Part shown: one piece after another, positions 60,536 to 64,000 of the stretch
Numbering within the stretch: the stretch's first letter is position 1
Layout of the letters: each line of letters begins with the position of its first letter
Assembly (NCBI GenBank): GCA_048538235.1
Contig: JBLYPX010000001.1
Coordinates: 679,554-743,553 of the forward strand
Direction of reading: 5' to 3'
DNA length: 64,000 nt
Origin: Candidatus Komeilibacteria bacterium
Lineage (GTDB): Bacteria; Patescibacteriota; Patescibacteriia; UBA1558
Made by a program: the position numbers and the translations under genes
The notes under the pieces: generated by a model
The model's database searches: none
Seen by the model: only the letters and a program-made list of their open reading frames with translations
Told to the model about the DNA's origin: nothing

Positions 60536-63500
60536 TTATTTTAATTTATTTAACTTTTCTTCTGCCTCCGCTAATTTTTCCTTTTCTTTATTTACAACCT
60601 CAGCAGGAGCATTGCTTACAAAATTATCATTACCAAGTTTTTTTTGCAAGGTTTCAATATATCTTTCTAACTCTTCCCTTTGCTTTGATTGCATTTTGTT
60701 GGCCTCACTCTTATCTATGTCTAAGGCAATATCTACGCCTTTAATATGTAGCTCTAACCAACTTTTATCCTTGGTTGGGACTATCTTTACTTTTGCCAAT
60801 TTCTCAATAACACCAACATTACTACTAATAACCGTGTTTAAATCTAATTTACAATTAATAACTTTAGCTGGATCTAATTTATTCTCTCCTTTAGCATTTC
60901 TAATACCTGTGATGATATCCATTACAATGTTAAATTCTTTATTTCTATTCTTTTTTAAGAAATTAAACAAACCATGTTTATTTGCTGGCCACTGACTAAT
61001 TATTAATTGACCATTATTGAAATTACTCCAAATAGCTTCTGTTACATATGGCGCGAATGGATGCCATAGTTTTAATAGCTGTCCTAGAATATATAACAAG
61101 ATATCATCCTTATTTGTTTCAACCTTACTAATCTCAATATACCAATCTGCAAACTTTGACCAAGTAAATTCATATAATCTTTCAATGGCTGGAGAAAACT
61201 TTAATTCGTCTAAATCTTTAGTTGTACTATCAACTAATAAATCCAGTTCAGATAATATCCATTCGTCTGCAATTGTTTTTGCCTTAGATTTGCTAGTTAT
61301 AACTTTAACATCTTTAACAGAGCTTAAAATATATCTAGAAATATTCCAAAGCTTATTTACAAAGTTTCTATAACCCTCAATCTTTTCTTCATAAAGCCTC
61401 ATATCATTACCAGGTGTTGCTCCCACCATCATAGAAAGTCTTAAAGCATCAGCACCAAACTTATCTATCATTTCAATAGGATCAATACCATTGCCCAGTG
61501 ACTTACTCATCTTTCTGCCTTGCTTATCTCTAATTAAGCCATGAAGATAAACTGTTTCAAAAGGAATCTCATCAAGTAGATAAGTGGTCATAATAATCAT
61601 ACGAGCTACCCAAAAGAAAAGAATATCATAACCTGTTTCCATAACAGAGGTTGGATGAAAATTCTTTAAGTCTGGGCTATTCTTTACCCATTCTTCCCAA
61701 GAGCTATATTTAGAAAAATCTTGATCAAGCAATGTTGAGAATGTCCAAAGTGCAGATGAAAACCAAGTATCTAGTGTATCTTCATCTTGCTCCCATTCTT
61801 TAAGATTATAGCTACCGTCTGGTAAAGAGTAACGAACAAAGTTACCGAAAAGTGGTTTGTAATCACTTAACTCTTTTGCATCTCCACCTTTAATTAACAT
61901 TTCTAAAGATCTAATAAATGCATTATGCGTAATAACTAATATTTTCTGTCCTGCATATTTTTCATCTACTTTCTTTAGAAATTCTTCTCCTCTTTTCATC
62001 ATTGACTCATAGGTTTCTTCTTCGTCTCCTGGAATGTCGTAATTTATTTTATCCTTATAATAATCTGGATTATCTTTTTTAATATCTTTAACAAGTTTTC
62101 CTTCAAATGAACCATAATTACGCTCAACTACTAATTCATCTACTTCATAATCTACTCCCAACTCTTCACTAATAACCTCAGCCGTTTGTCTAGAGCGCAT
62201 TAGAGGGGAACAAATAATCTTTGCTATTTTTTCTTCTTTAAGTTGAGCTACCTTATCTTTTATCTCTCCCACTTTTTTTTCATCAAGTGGTGTGTCTGTC
62301 TGCCCCTGAACGCGTCCTTCTTGATTCCAATCTGTAAGACCGTGCCTGCTAATAATTAATTCTGTAATATACCTTGGTACTAATTTTTCGTCTCCTTTAT
62401 ACCAAACTGGAATTCTATGCCCCCACCAAATCTGACGAGAAATACACCAATCATGTAAATTATTCATCCAATTAAAATATACCTTTTCAAACTTATCTGG
62501 CATTATATCTATATCTCCAGATTTTACAGCATTGATAGATAATTCTTTCAAACTCTTACCTTTACTTGGTATTTTTTTATTAACATCTACAAACCATTGT
62601 TCTGATGGCAAAGGCTCTATTGGAGTATTACATCTATAGCAAACAGATAAATTATGTTCATAATCTTCGTCAATGTGATCTATAAGTCCCATCTTCTCCA
62701 TATCCTTTAAAATGGCCTCTCTAGCATCAGTAGTTGTCATTCCTGCATATTTACCACAATTAGCCATCATCTTACCGTCTTCATCTATTATTTGACGCAT
62801 AGGTATATTATTCTTAAGCGCCATCTCATTGTCTATAAAACTATGAGCTGGGGTAACTTTAACAGCACCTGAACCAAATTCTGGATCAACTGCTTTATCT
62901 GTAATAACTCTAACTTTAAATTCTCCTAAAACACCTGGTATCATATAATCTTTACCAACCATATCTTTATACCGGTCGTCATCTGGATTAACAGCTACAG
63001 CCGTGTCACCAAGTTTTGTTTCTGGGCGAGTAGTGGCCAGTACAAAAGGACCATATTTTATCCAATACAGTTTTGTTTTCTTATTCTCATACTCTACTTC
63101 ATCATCAGCTAGGGTTGAATGACAACGAGGACACCAATTAACAATTCTATGACCACGGTAAATTAAACCATCATCATACATTTTCTTAAAAGCCATATTA
63201 ACAGCTTTAGACAAACCATCTGAAAATGTATAACGTTCTCTACTCCAATCTACAGAAGAACCCATTCTCCTTATCTGATTACGAATAGTATCTTGTGATT
63301 CACCAACATAGGTTTTAACTCTATCTAAAAACTTTTCTCTGCCTAAATCTTCTTTAGTCTTATTATCTTCCTGAGCAATAATCTTTTCTACTTTATTCTG
63401 AGTGGCAATAGCTGCATGATCTGTACCTGGTACCCATAGAGTGTTTTCACCAAGCATTCTATGATAACGAACCATAGTATCTTGGTAGGCGAGCATAGCT

Positions 63501-63670
63501 GCGTGTCCTAAATGTAAAACACCAGTTGCATTTGGTGGTGGCAGAGCTACTGAAAAATGTTTTTTCTTTGTTTTAAGATTATCTGGATTAAATAATCCAG
63601 AATTCTCCCACTGACTATATATATCTTGCTCAAATTCTTGAGCATTATAGTTTTTAGCTATTTCTTTCAT
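60536..63670 (-). CDS. valS: valyl-tRNA synthetase carrying an inserted histidine-phosphatase (PGAM-like) domain
   Basis: 1044 aa with HIGH (HLGHAAM), the ValRS signature TRPETKLGDTAVAV, WCISRQIWWGHRIP, DTLDTWFSSALW, KMSKS (GRKMSKSLGN) and a C-terminal coiled coil. Residues ~433-628 form an extra domain carrying RHGLTDWN, SPLMRSRQTAEV, ERNYGSFEG and VITHNAFIRSL. Confidence 0.9.
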   Translation of the reverse strand: MKEIAKNYNAQEFEQDIYSQWENSGLFNPDNLKTKKKHFSVALPPPNATGVLHLGHAAMLAYQDTMVRYHRMLGENTLWVPGTDHAAIATQNKVEKIIAQEDNKTKEDLGREKFLDRVKTYVGESQDTIRNQIRRMGSSVDWSRERYTFSDGLSKAVNMAFKKMYDDGLIYRGHRIVNWCPRCHSTLADDEVEYENKKTKLYWIKYGPFVLATTRPETKLGDTAVAVNPDDDRYKDMVGKDYMIPGVLGEFKVRVITDKAVDPEFGSGAVKVTPAHSFIDNEMALKNNIPMRQIIDEDGKMMANCGKYAGMTTTDAREAILKDMEKMGLIDHIDEDYEHNLSVCYRCNTPIEPLPSEQWFVDVNKKIPSKGKSLKELSINAVKSGDIDIMPDKFEKVYFNWMNNLHDWCISRQIWWGHRIPVWYKGDEKLVPRYITELIISRHGLTDWNQEGRVQGQTDTPLDEKKVGEIKDKVAQLKEEKIAKIICSPLMRSRQTAEVISEELGVDYEVDELVVERNYGSFEGKLVKDIKKDNPDYYKDKINYDIPGDEEETYESMMKRGEEFLKKVDEKYAGQKILVITHNAFIRSLEMLIKGGDAKELSDYKPLFGNFVRYSLPDGSYNLKEWEQDEDTLDTWFSSALWTFSTLLDQDFSKYSSWEEWVKNSPDLKNFHPTSVMETGYDILFFWVARMIIMTTYLLDEIPFETVYLHGLIRDKQGRKMSKSLGNGIDPIEMIDKFGADALRLSMMVGATPGNDMRLYEEKIEGYRNFVNKLWNISRYILSSVKDVKVITSKSKAKTIADEWILSELDLLVDSTTKDLDELKFSPAIERLYEFTWSKFADWYIEISKVETNKDDILLYILGQLLKLWHPFAPYVTEAIWSNFNNGQLIISQWPANKHGLFNFLKKNRNKEFNIVMDIITGIRNAKGENKLDPAKVINCKLDLNTVISSNVGVIEKLAKVKIVPTKDKSWLELHIKGVDIALDIDKSEANKMQSKQREELERYIETLQKKLGNDNFVSNAPAEVVNKEKEKLAEAEEKLNKLK

Positions 63671-63900
63671 AAATATATTATACCTTTAATAAATAAAAAA
63701 ATCCCTACATATATAAGGACTCTTATTTAAGAGCGGTACCACCTTATTTCCCTATTTATTAACAGGACTCTTATTAACAGCTATAACAGGCTTACCTGGT
63801 CAGTTCTACTCGTCTAAATAACTTTCTTCTGACAGCTTGCCGGGGGACATTAAATCCCGACTTTTAGCGCTTTTATGTAATAATAAGTTAACATATATAT
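63671..63900 (-). promoter_or_regulatory. T-box-like leader (tRNA-sensing riboswitch) upstream of valS
   Basis: On the minus strand, GGGAAATAAGGTGGTACCGCTCTT (plus ~63731..63753) closely matches the T-box consensus AAUUAGGGUGGUACCGCG. An antiterminator-style arrangement is visible. UAGGGA...[bulge AAUAAGGUGGUACC]...GCUCUU-AAAU-AAGAGU...UCCUUA competes with the terminator UCCUUA-UAUAUG-UAGGGA plus U7 (plus ~63694..63719), about 25 nt before the valS SD/ATG. Confidence 0.55.
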
Positions 63901-63906
63901 TAAGAT

Positions 63907-63935
63907 TTGACAAATTTTAACATGCAGCGTAATAT
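63907..63935 (+). promoter_or_regulatory. sigma70 promoter pointing out of the window (divergent from valS)
   Basis: TTGACA, a 17-nt spacer, then TAATAT. A possible SD GGAGGG plus ATG at ~63974 begins a plus-strand ORF that runs off the window. Confidence 0.35.
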
Positions 63936-64000
63936 GGCTAACACAGTAGCGAACCATGAACCATGGAGGGACAATGTTGTTGATACGGAAGTTTCAACTC

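Overview
This 64 kb window is low-GC (roughly 30%) and densely coding. Its gene content suggests a monoderm lineage (Patescibacteria/CPR-like or similar), which is inference only: there is a complete type IV pilus locus but no PilQ secretin anywhere in the window.

Layout:
- 1–19 kb: one minus-strand array with mostly tiny gaps (pilC–pilA separated by a ~110 nt promoter region, pilA followed by an attenuator terminator). In order: two large secreted Gly/Trp-rich proteins, pilM, pilN, pilO, a small protein, pilB, a CheY-like receiver, a pilT-like gene with substituted ATPase motifs, pilC, a promoter, the major pilin and an attenuator terminator, then pilD, three prepilin-type minor pilins, a PilX-like protein, ligA, gatC, gatA and a partial dedA-like gene.
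- 19–23 kb, plus strand: a small membrane protein, lemA, htpX, then rpsF-ssb-rpsR (with a textbook TTGACA/TAGAAT promoter) and efp.
- 23–29 kb: a 1697-aa protein with a polytopic TrbL/VirB6-like N-terminus. Its long K/E/S-rich tail contains a 2.2-copy 162-bp tandem repeat, and an acidic partner ORF overlaps its 3' end.
- 29–31.6 kb: two tandem paralogous BNR/Asp-box proteins ending in unmistakable T9SS (Por) C-terminal sorting domains. Their GC is clearly elevated (about 42–47%), and each has its own sigma70-type promoter and terminator.
- 31.6–41 kb: a 2874-aa Cys-rich secreted giant co-transcribed with a small membrane protein carrying a dockerin-like pair of EF-hand calcium-binding loops, under a TTGACG-17-TATAAT promoter.
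- The remainder holds rsmA, two paralogous MFS transporters flanking a CDP-alcohol phosphatidyltransferase, leuS, a LysM/M23 peptidase and gyrA (N-terminal Lys-rich extension). A degenerate MBL-fold protein and a membrane-anchored unknown sit upstream of gyrA. Further on are rpsA, ftsH, a polytopic membrane protein, a second intact GspE/PilB-family ATPase, small unknowns and valS.

The most striking observation is in valS. A complete histidine-phosphatase (PGAM-like) domain, with all catalytic signature motifs, is inserted in-frame into the catalytic core. A T-box-like leader with alternative antiterminator and terminator pairings sits upstream. Several rho-independent terminators and sigma70-like promoters are also annotated.

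No rRNA, tRNA, CRISPR array or mobile element was found. Fine coordinates of motifs that I located by hand may be off by 1–2 nt.
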